The position numbers were made by a program, and so were the translations under genes. Shown one piece after another: positions 8,198 through 17,625 of a stretch of DNA of 32,000 bases. Position 1 is the stretch's first letter. Each line of letters begins with the position of its first letter. The notes beneath the pieces are model-generated. The model did not search any database. It was not told where the DNA came from and saw only the letters and a list, made by a program, of their open reading frames with translations. The stretch comes from Candidatus Thalassarchaeaceae archaeon (lineage in GTDB: Archaea > Thermoplasmatota > Poseidoniia > Poseidoniales > Thalassarchaeaceae), in the NCBI GenBank assembly GCA_045568075.1, contig JBJLBP010000001.1:1-32000 (forward strand). Reading direction: 5' to 3'.

Positions 8198-9055
8198 GTG
8201 GAGCCGAACGACGAGGCAGAGCCAACGGGCACCATCGGCCTCGACCCGAACATCACTATTCTGTGGGCTCAGGTCCGCGAAGGACAGCCACAGATGTCAA
8301 TAGATGTCGAAGGGCGACTTCGCCCAGCCGGTATCAAAGGCAATTCGACAGTCTATATTGGCGATGTAGCCCGAGCAGCACTACGCTCTCTTGGACCGGC
8401 AGATCCACCGCTTTTCGTTGCACTTCCAGCCTATGACGAACAACGCTGGCTGTTCTCAACGGATGCGGGCGATGTCTCAATGCGCCTGCGCTCAGAATCA
8501 TACTGGGGATTCGGATTGATCGCCCGCTGCTTCCTCAACCGCATCGAACTCACAGGCCCTCTCGCGCTCCGCGCCCGTATCGTCCACGATATCGCAGCAA
8601 GCCTCGGACGCAATCCATGGGAACCGGCATGGTCAGCCCGCTTCACCAAGGTCACTGGGGCTGAATCCTCAGAGCATCGTGCTGCTTGGGAGGGGTTGAT
8701 TGATCACGCGCGCTCGGACATGAATGAGGAAATCACCACTCTGTCCGAGCGAATCGCCAGCCTGAGAGGTACCGAGAATATCGATGGAATTCTAGATGAG
8801 GCTGTCCAGAGTTTGGATGAGGCGCGTGCTGCATTAGCAGATCACAACGCGCCGGCGGTCGAGCGAGCGCTCGGTCGAGCAACCCAAGCGCTCGTCGAAG
8901 CCGACCCGACGACCGAAGTCCGCTCATCCGAGTCGGCAGCAACACGAATGGGAGTCATGACCTGGTGGGATGAGCGAGGAAAACAAGAGGAAGTAGAGGC
9001 TTCGCACCTTCTCGAAGATGAGGTTCCACTGGTCGATTTGACCGAAGAAGAATGA
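8198..9055 (+). CDS. Hypothetical protein with a predicted helical/coiled C-terminal half and an acidic tail
   Basis: 285-aa ORF (GTG start; an internal ATG gives MSIDVEG...). No recognised motif. Ends ...EDEVPLVDLTEEE. Confidence 0.55.
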   Translation: MEPNDEAEPTGTIGLDPNITILWAQVREGQPQMSIDVEGRLRPAGIKGNSTVYIGDVARAALRSLGPADPPLFVALPAYDEQRWLFSTDAGDVSMRLRSESYWGFGLIARCFLNRIELTGPLALRARIVHDIAASLGRNPWEPAWSARFTKVTGAESSEHRAAWEGLIDHARSDMNEEITTLSERIASLRGTENIDGILDEAVQSLDEARAALADHNAPAVERALGRATQALVEADPTTEVRSSESAATRMGVMTWWDERGKQEEVEASHLLEDEVPLVDLTEEE

Positions 9056-9253
9056 TCAGACAATTCCCGAAAGAACGTCGCCCATCCATGACCAAACGCC
9101 ATGCTGCTGGAGATAAATTGCCAACGAAAACACCACGCAGACAGTATAGACCAAGCCCTTGCTGATCTGGATGGCATCCTCCGACTCCTCGTCGAAGTAG
9201 CGAATTAGACCAGCAGCCTGCTGAATCCCACTGCCCTTCTTGTCCTTAGCCAT
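9056..9253 (-). CDS. secG: Preprotein translocase subunit Sec61-beta (archaeal SecG)
   Basis: 65 aa. MAKDKKGSGIQQAAGLIRYFDEE followed by a single C-terminal TM helix is the hallmark archaeal Sec-beta pattern (SAGLIRYxDE). Confidence 0.8.
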   Translation of the reverse strand: MAKDKKGSGIQQAAGLIRYFDEESEDAIQISKGLVYTVCVVFSLAIYLQQHGVWSWMGDVLSGIV

Positions 9254-9345
9254 CGGGCCGTCGCACCTGCCTGCACTATATCAACGCGGCGAAGGTAAGG
9301 GAAAGTGCTGCATTCAACTGAAAGTGACTACTGAGCGGCGATTAT

Positions 9346-9708
9346 TCATGGGTCGAGCGTTTCGATGAGGACACAGCCTCCGTCGAGTTCGACGATTCGC
9401 GACGCTGCGTCCATCGCAGCGTCGATGCCAGCAGTCATGAGAATCTCACGACGGCTACCGGCAGACGATTGGAAAACCAATCGATGTGAGAGTGTTCCGA
9501 GGACATCTCGGTCGACCACTTGCCAAATCCACTCATCACGGTCGACCGTGATTAGCGCTTCAACTGGTGCGAGCGGCCCCTGCTCATGTCCATTCTGACG
9601 GGCCCGCTCGACAAGCCCGACGAGTTTGCGAGTCGCCTCTCTTTGGTCGGTTCGATTCGGTGTAGTTGGATTTCTCGCGATTCTTCTTCTCAGTCCAGTC
9701 ATGTGCAT
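9346..9708 (-). CDS. Hypothetical protein
   Basis: 120-aa ORF with ATG starts at 9708 and 9702. Basic N-terminus, no recognised motif. Confidence 0.45.
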   Translation of the reverse strand: MHMTGLRRRIARNPTTPNRTDQREATRKLVGLVERARQNGHEQGPLAPVEALITVDRDEWIWQVVDRDVLGTLSHRLVFQSSAGSRREILMTAGIDAAMDAASRIVELDGGCVLIETLDP

Positions 9709-9828
9709 CCCATGCGACTTACGCCGCGGCTCGTGAGCGCTGAGTTGGAGGTTTAACCGTTTACGATTCTGTTCGCTTCGGCGAGGCGAATTAGGAGGGC
9801 TGATTCTCTCGCGGGAGCCAATCGCTTG

Positions 9829-11523
9829 ATGTTCAAGTGGTGGGACGGATGGCCTGTGCGAGAGGAGGTCGATTGGGCCGTGGCTGCGCGCAGCAGCCTG
9901 CTGTTGAAGGCGGTCAGCTGCTGGCGCTCTGATGCTGATTCGTGGTTTGCGAACGCGTATGAGAGATTGCCTGAAACCGTACGCGTCAACCCATTATCTG
10001 ATGATTCCGAGTGGGTTGAAGATTGGCTGAAATCGGTTGATTGCAAGCCTATTGATTGGTTCAAAGGGCCAGGCTCCGCATGGCAGATGCCCTTCGAAAG
10101 AGGACGAGCCGAAGGGGATGTCAAGTCGATTCTAGCCGCCCTCCACGAGACCGGGCGCTTGACTCGTCAAGAGGCGGTCTCGATGTTACCAGTGCTGGCG
10201 CTTGATCCACAACCGGGTGAAGTCATCCTCGACATGTGCGCCAGTCCCGGTTCTAAGACAACTCAGATTGCAGAACACCTCGGCGACTCTGGAGTCGTCA
10301 TCGCTAACGAAGTCGTCCGAGGAAGAGTGAATCTCCTCGTCTCGAATATGCAACGACACCGCTCGCGCTCAGGAGTTGTAGTCAATCACGATGCGCGACA
10401 CTTTCCGAATCTTCCAGAAGATGGCTATGACCGCATCCTCGTTGACGCTCCCTGCACGGGAACTGGAACGACACGAAAGAATCCGGATGTCTGGTCGCGT
10501 TGGAAGCCGAATGGCGGCCGCTCGATGCAGAAATTGCAAATCGACATCCTCAGCCGAGCGGCCCGCTTGGTCAAACCCGGTGGGAGGATAGTCTACTCCA
10601 CATGTTCGCTCGACCCAATCGAGAACGAGGCTGTGGTTGCCGAAGTTCTGCGTAATTATCCCTCACTCAGCCTCTCTATGGCCCAGGATGCGATTCCTGA
10701 TCTAACCGCTTCACCTGGAATGAACGAATGGCCAGCCCTATCTGATGACTGTTCAATCGTTCAAGATACTGAACAGAGCGAAACTTTCGCTCCGCCCACC
10801 GAATCTGACATCGCCGCCGCCCTACCAAAGTGCATGCGCGTGTGGAATGAACAGTCGGGCGGCGGCGGCTTCTTCCTCGCAATCCTTGAGAAATCAGCCG
10901 ACGCACCATCCCGCAGAGCAGCCGAGGTCGAGGAAACTCTCAGCGAAGAAAAGGCACCGCGCGACCACGACGGAGTCCCGCGACCGATTTCAGAGGCACA
11001 GAGTGAGATGCTAACCGACGAATGGGGAGCGATCCCTGAAGATCTCTGGTCGCGCGGCAAGAAGATCCTCTGGTCAACTCCACAAGCCCACTCAATTTGG
11101 GCTTCTGAGCGCGGCCGTAGAGGCGGAAGGACCCGAATTCCCGGTGGTCGCTGGCGACCTCTCAAGGTCGCGAGCCTCGGACTTGAGGTCGCCCACCTGC
11201 GCCGCGGTGAGTTCGAGCGAGTCGTCGGCGCAGCCGCATCACGCATCGCCGGAATCGCTGATTCCGGCCATACAAAAGTCCCTTCAGAAACCATTGACAA
11301 ACTACTCTCAGGGGAGCAGCCGGAGCCGTTTGACGTAAACTCGGAACTAGCCGAATTCAGAGGCAATCACCTTCTCGTTGACGACTCCGACGGCATGGCC
11401 ATCCCTGTCTGGATAGGTGGCCGTACCAGCCTCATGCTGCGTACCAGTGAACTGGTCATCCTGAGAGCTATTCGGGGTGTTGAGCCACTTGAGGAAAGCC
11501 AACAAACTAACGAAGAAGAATGA
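9829..11523 (+). CDS. NOL1/NOP2/Sun-family RNA (cytosine-C5)-methyltransferase (RsmB/RsmF/aTrm4-like) with a long C-terminal extension
   Basis: SAM motif DMCASPGSKTT and catalytic Cys motifs DAPCTGTGTTRKNPD and YSTCSLDPIENE. ATG at 9829, one codon after the TTG at 9826. Confidence 0.85.
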   Translation: MFKWWDGWPVREEVDWAVAARSSLLLKAVSCWRSDADSWFANAYERLPETVRVNPLSDDSEWVEDWLKSVDCKPIDWFKGPGSAWQMPFERGRAEGDVKSILAALHETGRLTRQEAVSMLPVLALDPQPGEVILDMCASPGSKTTQIAEHLGDSGVVIANEVVRGRVNLLVSNMQRHRSRSGVVVNHDARHFPNLPEDGYDRILVDAPCTGTGTTRKNPDVWSRWKPNGGRSMQKLQIDILSRAARLVKPGGRIVYSTCSLDPIENEAVVAEVLRNYPSLSLSMAQDAIPDLTASPGMNEWPALSDDCSIVQDTEQSETFAPPTESDIAAALPKCMRVWNEQSGGGGFFLAILEKSADAPSRRAAEVEETLSEEKAPRDHDGVPRPISEAQSEMLTDEWGAIPEDLWSRGKKILWSTPQAHSIWASERGRRGGRTRIPGGRWRPLKVASLGLEVAHLRRGEFERVVGAAASRIAGIADSGHTKVPSETIDKLLSGEQPEPFDVNSELAEFRGNHLLVDDSDGMAIPVWIGGRTSLMLRTSELVILRAIRGVEPLEESQQTNEEE

Positions 11524-11605
11524 ACATCTGTTCACTAGGGTGACGAAATACGAGGTGAATGTTCAATAGCCGTAGGTGCCGGGGCTTTTCTCCCGAGGCC
11601 GAATC

Positions 11606-12055
11606 ATGCTCGACAATACCGACCGCAACATCATCCAGGTGCTGGAAAAGGACGCACGTACCTCCTTGCGCCGCATCGCCGAAGAGGTGGGGGTATCACT
11701 GGGAACTGTGAGTAACCGTGTCAAAAAACTCGAGGAAGCTGGAATCATCAAGGAATATCGCGTGATACTCGATGCCGACAAGGTAGGATGGGGCCTCAAC
11801 GTCGTCATCGGCCTTCGCATCCAGAAGGGCCGCCTTATCGAAATCCAAGAGAAAATCGCACGCGACCCTCGCGTTTACGGCGTTTACGACGTGACCGGAG
11901 ATTTCGATTCGATGATTATCGCTCGAGCTCGCGACCGCAGTGACCTCGACGACCTTTCGAAGAACGTCTTGTCCATGGATGGCGTCGCTCGTTCTGTGAC
12001 CCATCTAGTTCTCAATACTGTGAAAGAGAAACCTACCTCATTCCCGAGCGAATGA
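11606..12055 (+). CDS. Lrp/AsnC-family transcriptional regulator
   Basis: MLDNTDRNIIQVLEKDARTSLRRIAEEVGVSLGTVSNRVKKLEEAGII forms the HTH, followed by a RAM-like C-domain. ATG at 11606. Confidence 0.85.
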   Translation: MLDNTDRNIIQVLEKDARTSLRRIAEEVGVSLGTVSNRVKKLEEAGIIKEYRVILDADKVGWGLNVVIGLRIQKGRLIEIQEKIARDPRVYGVYDVTGDFDSMIIARARDRSDLDDLSKNVLSMDGVARSVTHLVLNTVKEKPTSFPSE

Positions 12056-12058
12056 ACT

Positions 12059-12568
12059 TCATTCCTCTTCCAGATACGCTCTGATTAAGGGTATCAGAGA
12101 AGGCGCATAGGGAGCGATTGATTCAACGGTCCTGCCCTCTGGTTTCATTGCTTTGAGGAGGATTATTCTGAGATCTTCATCAATTTGGACATCCAATGCC
12201 TGGAGGCGATTGCGTAGCGCTGTTTGGAGACGACCGCCTGTGCGATCCCAATCCATCAACAAGATTAGTGGTGGACCGCCATCGACAGTATTTCTCGTAC
12301 CATATTTGTCGTAGAGATAAGCGACTAATCGCGAGCGATCCCAACCTCGATTCATTCGCTCGACCGGCCCCTCGAAACCTAGTGCTCTCAGGGCCGCCTC
12401 ATCCCTCAGCCCCTCTACTATAATCGGACATCCTGCCCCTCCGTCGATGGGGTTTCTATTGCGCCGCTGGCAATCTGCAAACGCTCTGGCGGCGCGATCG
12501 AAACGAGCCACTCTGTCGGCAGGTCCCGCCAGATTGTTTCGCTCTTCACCCCAGTCGCTGGCTCCCAT
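12059..12568 (-). CDS. Small Toprim-domain protein (archaeal UPF0292-like)
   Basis: IIVEGLRDEAALRALG and LLMDWDRTGG are Toprim E and DxD motifs. The start overlaps the upstream stop as TAATG. Confidence 0.7.
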   Translation of the reverse strand: MGASDWGEERNNLAGPADRVARFDRAARAFADCQRRNRNPIDGGAGCPIIVEGLRDEAALRALGFEGPVERMNRGWDRSRLVAYLYDKYGTRNTVDGGPPLILLMDWDRTGGRLQTALRNRLQALDVQIDEDLRIILLKAMKPEGRTVESIAPYAPSLIPLIRAYLEEE

Positions 12569-12870
12569 TATTCACCCTCCTCCAGTGCCTTCAGAAAATC
12601 GACATGATCTCCGACGATTGCAATCGTCTTGCGTCGATTCGTTGCTCCAGCCTCGACGCTAACTTGACTCGACTTCACACCGAGGCTGGCGGCCAAGATT
12701 TCAAGCAATTCAGTATTGGCCGCACCATCCACCGGCGGCGAGCGTACAGCCACCTTCAATCGCCCTCTCCACGGTTCAAATCCAACCACGCCAGCCTTCT
12801 TTGAACCCGGTTGCACATCGACCTCAACCAAGGTCTTGTGACCCGATAACCTGACCCATTCAGGCGTCAT
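12568..12870 (-). CDS. DUF167 / YggU-family protein
   Basis: VEVDVQPGSKKAGVVG...LKVAVRSPPVDGAANTELLEILAASLGV is the typical DUF167 pattern. I chose the ATG at 12870; the TTG at 12879 is also possible. Confidence 0.75.
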   Translation of the reverse strand: MTPEWVRLSGHKTLVEVDVQPGSKKAGVVGFEPWRGRLKVAVRSPPVDGAANTELLEILAASLGVKSSQVSVEAGATNRRKTIAIVGDHVDFLKALEEGE

Positions 12871-12936
12871 CCGAACCAACTCTGTGAACTAGGATGTTTG
12901 AAGTCCTTTCCGACTACGTCGGAGCATGTCTTATGA

Positions 12937-13713
12937 TTGTCAATACCTCAAACTTATGAGGGTCATTCGCACGCGCTCTTAATGGAGATAGCGATGGGTC
13001 TCATCACACCTCTATTCGATGACCTTTGGAATGAGTATGTGGTCTGGTCCGCTCTTGTCGGGATATTCACATTCGGTTGGTTGTATCACCACTCATACTG
13101 GTATCGCTCTGAGGAGGGTGAAAGCCCCAATATCGATAATTTGCAAGTCGGTGTTTTTCCGAAGGAATACGACAATCTCAAGCTCGAAATTACCTGGATT
13201 GTTGTGCCCTTCATACTCATCGTCTACCTCACTTTCATCTCCTGGGCTCCGCTCGACAACATCTGGTCCGCTGCGAATGCCGAGTCCGGATACTTTGGTG
13301 ACGAGTGCGCTGACGGCGAAACCTCGAATCTAATTTTCAATGAAGATTCGGGAATGTACGAAGCCGACTGCTACAATGTCATCGAAATCACTGGATATCA
13401 ATGGTACTGGGAGTTTGATTGCCTCAATCTCGAAGAAGATCTCTGCGCGGTCTCAACCACTCAAATCGAAGGGAGCGATCGGCCTTTACTATCTCTCAAA
13501 GACGACACGGCCTATTTTGCCATGATGACTTCGAACGATGTGACTCATGCTCCGTGGTTCGTATCATTCGGTATCAAGGAGGATGTGCAACCTGGTATGA
13601 TAACCAGTCAGTGGATTCTCGCTGACGATGTCGAGAACTTCTTGCTTCTTTGTACAGAATATTGTGGTGATGACCACGCTTACATGATTGCTGGAGTCAG
13701 CGTTCACGCTTGA
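12937..13713 (+). CDS. coxB: Heme-copper oxidase subunit II (CuA cupredoxin) with a Cys-containing insertion
   Basis: Two N-terminal TM helices, GYQWYWEF, and CuA ligands in DVTHAPW and CTEYCGDDHAYM. Start uncertain (TTG 12937, ATG 12982 or 12994). Confidence 0.85.
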   Translation: MSIPQTYEGHSHALLMEIAMGLITPLFDDLWNEYVVWSALVGIFTFGWLYHHSYWYRSEEGESPNIDNLQVGVFPKEYDNLKLEITWIVVPFILIVYLTFISWAPLDNIWSAANAESGYFGDECADGETSNLIFNEDSGMYEADCYNVIEITGYQWYWEFDCLNLEEDLCAVSTTQIEGSDRPLLSLKDDTAYFAMMTSNDVTHAPWFVSFGIKEDVQPGMITSQWILADDVENFLLLCTEYCGDDHAYMIAGVSVHA

Positions 13714-13725
13714 GGGGGAGTTTGA

Positions 13726-16038
13726 ATGAAGAGAAAGACATTGATTACGCGCAGCATGGTAGCATTGATTCTAATCTCAGTCGCAATGGTGGTTTCACCT
13801 GCGGTCAATTCCTTACCGACCGGTGTAGGTGGTACTGGAATTCAGACTAGCGGCTGTAATTGCCACGCAGCTGCACCAACTGCAACCATCGACGTTACAC
13901 TCGATGGTTTTCCAGATCAGTATAATGCGTCTGAGACTTACACCATCACCGTCTCATTCGAAGGTGGACCCCCCGAATCCGGAGTCAACTCCGGCGGATT
14001 CAACCTCTGGGCATCCGGTGGAGAATTCGCCGTTATCGATGCTACCGTGCAGTCGCGAGCGACTGCAGAGGTTACGCACACAGAAGTGGGTAATGACTAC
14101 CGAACTTGGACAATGGAATGGATCGCTCCAAGCCACGGTCGAAATGTCGACTTCATTCTTCACGTCAATTCGGTGAATGGAGACGGCTCGAATAGTGGAG
14201 ACTCGTGGAATCGCCTCGACCTCTCCGTCGCCGGCTCTCTTGGAGTCGGCTTGGATCCTGCTGACCCATTCACAGTACTGGCGACCCTGATTATCATCTC
14301 CGGTGTCCTTCTTGTCATCACAATTCTCTACGGATTCTACCGCACCAATCCGGACGCCTTCGATTGGGAACATCTCGGCCCATGGATTACCGAATGGTTG
14401 ACCAGCACCGACCACAAGAAGATTGGAACTCTTTACTTCGTCCAAGGTCTCTTCTTCCTCGGAATCGGCGGAATTCTAGCGATGATGATTCGCTTACAAC
14501 TCGCAGGGCCTGAAATGGGCTTCATCTCACAGGATCAATACAACCAATTCTTCACGCTGCACGGAACTACGATGATCTTCCTCGCCGCAATGCCGCTAAT
14601 CAACGGCTTTGCCAATTGGATTGTGCCACTGCAAATTGGCGCGCCTGACCTCGCTCTCCCGAGAATCAACGCTCTCTCATTCTGGCTGCAACCATTCGCT
14701 GCTTTGCTCATCTTCACTGGTGTCTTCTCCGGCCAAGGAGCCGATACCGGCTGGACCGGATATGCACCATACGTGGTCAGCGCAGGCGCGCACTCGGGCG
14801 TGACGATGTGGGTTGCTGGACAAATAATGCTGGTAGCATCATCGACGCTGACTGGAATCAATTTCCTGACCACGATGGCTGTCATGCGCGCCGAAGGGAT
14901 GGGTTGGATGCAGATGCCTCTGTTCACTTGGTCTATCCTTGTCGCAAATCTGATGCTCTTCCTCTCAATCCCTGCCTTCGGTATCGGTCTACTCCAAGTC
15001 TATCTTGATCGGACTATCTCGACGGCATTCTACGATATCGCCGCCGGCGGTGATCCATTACTGTGGAGTCACCTATTCTGGTACTTTGGTCACCCTGAGG
15101 TGTACGTGGTTATCGTGCCGGCCTTCGGCGTGATATCTGAGGTTCTTGCGACCTCGGCCCGCCGCTCAATTTTCGGATACCGTTCGATGGTCTATGCAAT
15201 GGCAGGAATTGGGATTGTCGCTTTCATCGTCTACGGCCACCACATGTTCACCTCTGGAATGTCTCCAAGCCTTCGATTCGTTACCATGCTCACAACCATG
15301 CTCGTCGCAGTTCCGACAGGAATCAAGATTTTCAATTGGCTGAAGACGATGCATGGAGGCTCGCTGGTCTATCGTACGCACACATTGTGGGCTCTAGGAT
15401 TCCTCGTGACATTCACTCTCGGTGGAATCTCTGGAATGTTCTTCCCATCGATTGCAATGGACACGCACCTACACGAGACTTACTTCGTTGTCGCCCACTT
15501 CCACTATGTGTTGGTCGGCGGAACCGTCTTCGGATTCTTCGCCGCAATTTACTACTGGTATCCGAAGATGACCGGACGAATGCTAGATGAGAGACTTGGA
15601 ACTCTCCACTTCTTGACCGCATTCGTCACTTACAACGGCATCTTCTGGCCAATGCACCGCCTCGGTGTCATTGGCATGCCGCGCCGAACTCACACTTACT
15701 TCATCACCACAGATGATTTCACCAATCTACCAGAATGGGCTGCAGACTGGAACCTATTCATCTCTGTCTGCGCCTTCTTGTTCTTCTTCTCGAACTTCAT
15801 TATGGTCTTCAATATGCTAATCAGCCTCGTGCGTGGGCAGAAGGCACCAGCTGATCCATGGGGTGGCTGGTCATTCGAGTGGATGACATCCTCGCCCCCT
15901 CCAACACCTTCCTTTGACTGGAACAACCTGCCAGTGCTGAAGGATGCCAATGAGCACATCGCACACGAACCGAGCACTATAGGAATCTGGTTCAACAAAT
16001 TGATGGTTCCTGAAGACGAGGAGGAGGTGAGCAATTGA
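13726..16038 (+). CDS. coxA: Heme-copper oxidase subunit I fused to an N-terminal extracytoplasmic domain plus an extra TM helix
   Basis: From about aa 213 the sequence is canonical: WLTSTDHKKIGTLY, FFTLHGTTMIF, WYFGHPEVYV, GHHMFT. Aa 1-210 hold a signal peptide, an about 150-aa Ser/Thr/Gly-rich domain with CNCH, and one TM helix. Confidence 0.95.
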   Translation: MKRKTLITRSMVALILISVAMVVSPAVNSLPTGVGGTGIQTSGCNCHAAAPTATIDVTLDGFPDQYNASETYTITVSFEGGPPESGVNSGGFNLWASGGEFAVIDATVQSRATAEVTHTEVGNDYRTWTMEWIAPSHGRNVDFILHVNSVNGDGSNSGDSWNRLDLSVAGSLGVGLDPADPFTVLATLIIISGVLLVITILYGFYRTNPDAFDWEHLGPWITEWLTSTDHKKIGTLYFVQGLFFLGIGGILAMMIRLQLAGPEMGFISQDQYNQFFTLHGTTMIFLAAMPLINGFANWIVPLQIGAPDLALPRINALSFWLQPFAALLIFTGVFSGQGADTGWTGYAPYVVSAGAHSGVTMWVAGQIMLVASSTLTGINFLTTMAVMRAEGMGWMQMPLFTWSILVANLMLFLSIPAFGIGLLQVYLDRTISTAFYDIAAGGDPLLWSHLFWYFGHPEVYVVIVPAFGVISEVLATSARRSIFGYRSMVYAMAGIGIVAFIVYGHHMFTSGMSPSLRFVTMLTTMLVAVPTGIKIFNWLKTMHGGSLVYRTHTLWALGFLVTFTLGGISGMFFPSIAMDTHLHETYFVVAHFHYVLVGGTVFGFFAAIYYWYPKMTGRMLDERLGTLHFLTAFVTYNGIFWPMHRLGVIGMPRRTHTYFITTDDFTNLPEWAADWNLFISVCAFLFFFSNFIMVFNMLISLVRGQKAPADPWGGWSFEWMTSSPPPTPSFDWNNLPVLKDANEHIAHEPSTIGIWFNKLMVPEDEEEVSN

Positions 16039-17102
16039 GCGGTTACGACGATGACCACCATGCTCCGCAGCCGTGGGGTCCACACGATTGGCACCACGGT
16101 GCTCCGCACAACTCGTACTCACCGCTCTTCCTGAGCATGGGTGTGGCAATCTTCCTCTTCGCCCTCGCGCAGGCCTGGTCATACGGAACTTACACTCCTG
16201 GCCACATTCCAACAATTCTTCTCGGCCTCGCGGTCGTTGGATTTTCGCTCATCATTTGGTGGAGGCAGGATTTCTCATTCGACGGCCACTACGAGCCGCT
16301 CTCAACCGGCGTTCCATTCCGCGGCATTCAGATACGCAAGGTGGCCGTCTGGGTCTTCCTAATGTCTGAAATGATGGTATTCACATCCCTTTTCAGCACC
16401 TACATGCGATACCGCCTCGGTATCGAGAACTGTGGCACTGTCTTCGAGCGTGGTCTGTTTGATCCCGTCACTAACCCAACAGGCTGGCAAGAGGGAGTCG
16501 CTGTCACTTGCTTCGAGCCAGCCAGTCACCTCATCGCTTCGAGCTGGTGGCACTTGGCTCCGGGAGCAATCAACACCTTCGCGTTGATTCTCTCGTCTTT
16601 CACAATCGTTCAAGCTCTACGCTACGCGAAGATGCCGGACCTCGATGAAGAGGTCCGCCGCAAGAAGGTCTACCGTTACCTCGGAAGCACATGGATTCTC
16701 GCAATTCTCTTCCTGACATTGAAGATGGTCGAGTGGTTCATCGGCTTCTACGTGCCTGAGATTTCCGCAATTGGACTCCATGAGCACGACATCGTCTCTC
16801 TTGTCAACGAAGGTTACACAATTAACGCCGATCACTACCAGCACCACTCCTACGTCGACGAAGCAACGGGAGCACACATGGTAGCCAACATTCAGGTGTC
16901 TGCTTCACTGTTCTATGTAACGACTGGAACTCACGGAGCGCACGTCGCGGGCGGAATCATCGGTCTGTCATACATGACTCTGAAAGCTTGGAAGGGGCTC
17001 TACACCCCTGCGAATGCGGTATCGATAGAGTACTTCGGTCTCTACTGGCACTTTGTCGATCTGGTCTGGGTTCTGGTGTTCCCATTCTTCTATCTATACT
17101 GA
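16035..17102 (+). CDS. coxC: Heme-copper oxidase subunit III, expanded (355 aa) with His-rich segments
   Basis: C-terminal FYVTTGTHGAHVAGGIIGL and YFGLYWHFVDLVWVLVFPFFYLY. TTG start overlaps the coxA stop (TTGA). Confidence 0.85.
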   Translation: MSGYDDDHHAPQPWGPHDWHHGAPHNSYSPLFLSMGVAIFLFALAQAWSYGTYTPGHIPTILLGLAVVGFSLIIWWRQDFSFDGHYEPLSTGVPFRGIQIRKVAVWVFLMSEMMVFTSLFSTYMRYRLGIENCGTVFERGLFDPVTNPTGWQEGVAVTCFEPASHLIASSWWHLAPGAINTFALILSSFTIVQALRYAKMPDLDEEVRRKKVYRYLGSTWILAILFLTLKMVEWFIGFYVPEISAIGLHEHDIVSLVNEGYTINADHYQHHSYVDEATGAHMVANIQVSASLFYVTTGTHGAHVAGGIIGLSYMTLKAWKGLYTPANAVSIEYFGLYWHFVDLVWVLVFPFFYLY

Positions 17103-17108
17103 GGTGAA

Positions 17109-17474
17109 ATGATGGCACATTACAAAATTCTAGGACAAGATCCCTACTGGATGAATTTCTTCGGTCTGATGTTTCTCACTTTAATCGAGGTTGCTGCTGT
17201 AGGATTGGACCTCTCGGACTTCGCTGCGGGTTACAATACGACTGAGAAGGTCGTGACACTCTGGATATTGACTCTAATTGCGATTCCAAAATTCATTATG
17301 ATCGCTGCAATTTTCATGCATCTTTACGGAGATGATGATTCGAAGATTTTGACGATGACTGCTCTGTTCCCGGCTTTCTTCATCATCATCATGGTGCTCT
17401 TTATCGGGCTGACTCATCCAGAAGCTGCAACTGGTCTGCCCGATTGGTGCCGACCCGGTAATTACGGCCTCTGA
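17109..17474 (+). CDS. Small oxidase subunit IV-like membrane protein (prokaryotic COX4 family)
   Basis: 121 aa, 3 TM helices, KFIMIAAIFMHL motif. Last gene of the cox operon. Confidence 0.6.
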   Translation: MMAHYKILGQDPYWMNFFGLMFLTLIEVAAVGLDLSDFAAGYNTTEKVVTLWILTLIAIPKFIMIAAIFMHLYGDDDSKILTMTALFPAFFIIIMVLFIGLTHPEAATGLPDWCRPGNYGL

Positions 17475-17529
17475 ATAGGCCGGTTCGACCGCATAGATTC
17501 ATCAAAAGCGGCCGCCACGGCCGCACACT

Positions 17530-17615
17530 GCAGACGTCGCTTAGCCTGGTATAGCGCCGGATTTGAAATCCGGTGTCCCTTGGACTCGGGAGTTCAAATC
17601 TCTCCGTCTGCGCCA
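17530..17615 (+). tRNA. tRNA-Ser (anticodon UGA), class II with a long variable arm, CCA encoded
   Basis: Hand fold: acceptor GCAGACG/CGTCTGC, anticodon stem CCGGA/TCCGG with loop TT-TGA-AA, variable stem GTCC/GGAC, T-loop TTCAAAT, 3' G-CCA. Confidence 0.9.
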
Positions 17616-17625
17616 CTCTCGCTCA

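Noticed and set aside
13855-13866. CNCH in the CoxA N-terminal domain as a canonical heme c attachment site.
   Set aside because: The canonical motif is CxxCH. Here only one residue separates the cysteines, so covalent heme c cannot be claimed from sequence. It is kept only as an unusual Cys/His cluster.
17508-17524. The GC hairpin GCGGCCG-CCA-CGGCCGC between the cox operon and tRNA-Ser as an intrinsic terminator.
   Set aside because: No following T-tract is present, and archaeal termination does not generally rely on such hairpins. I noted it but did not call it.
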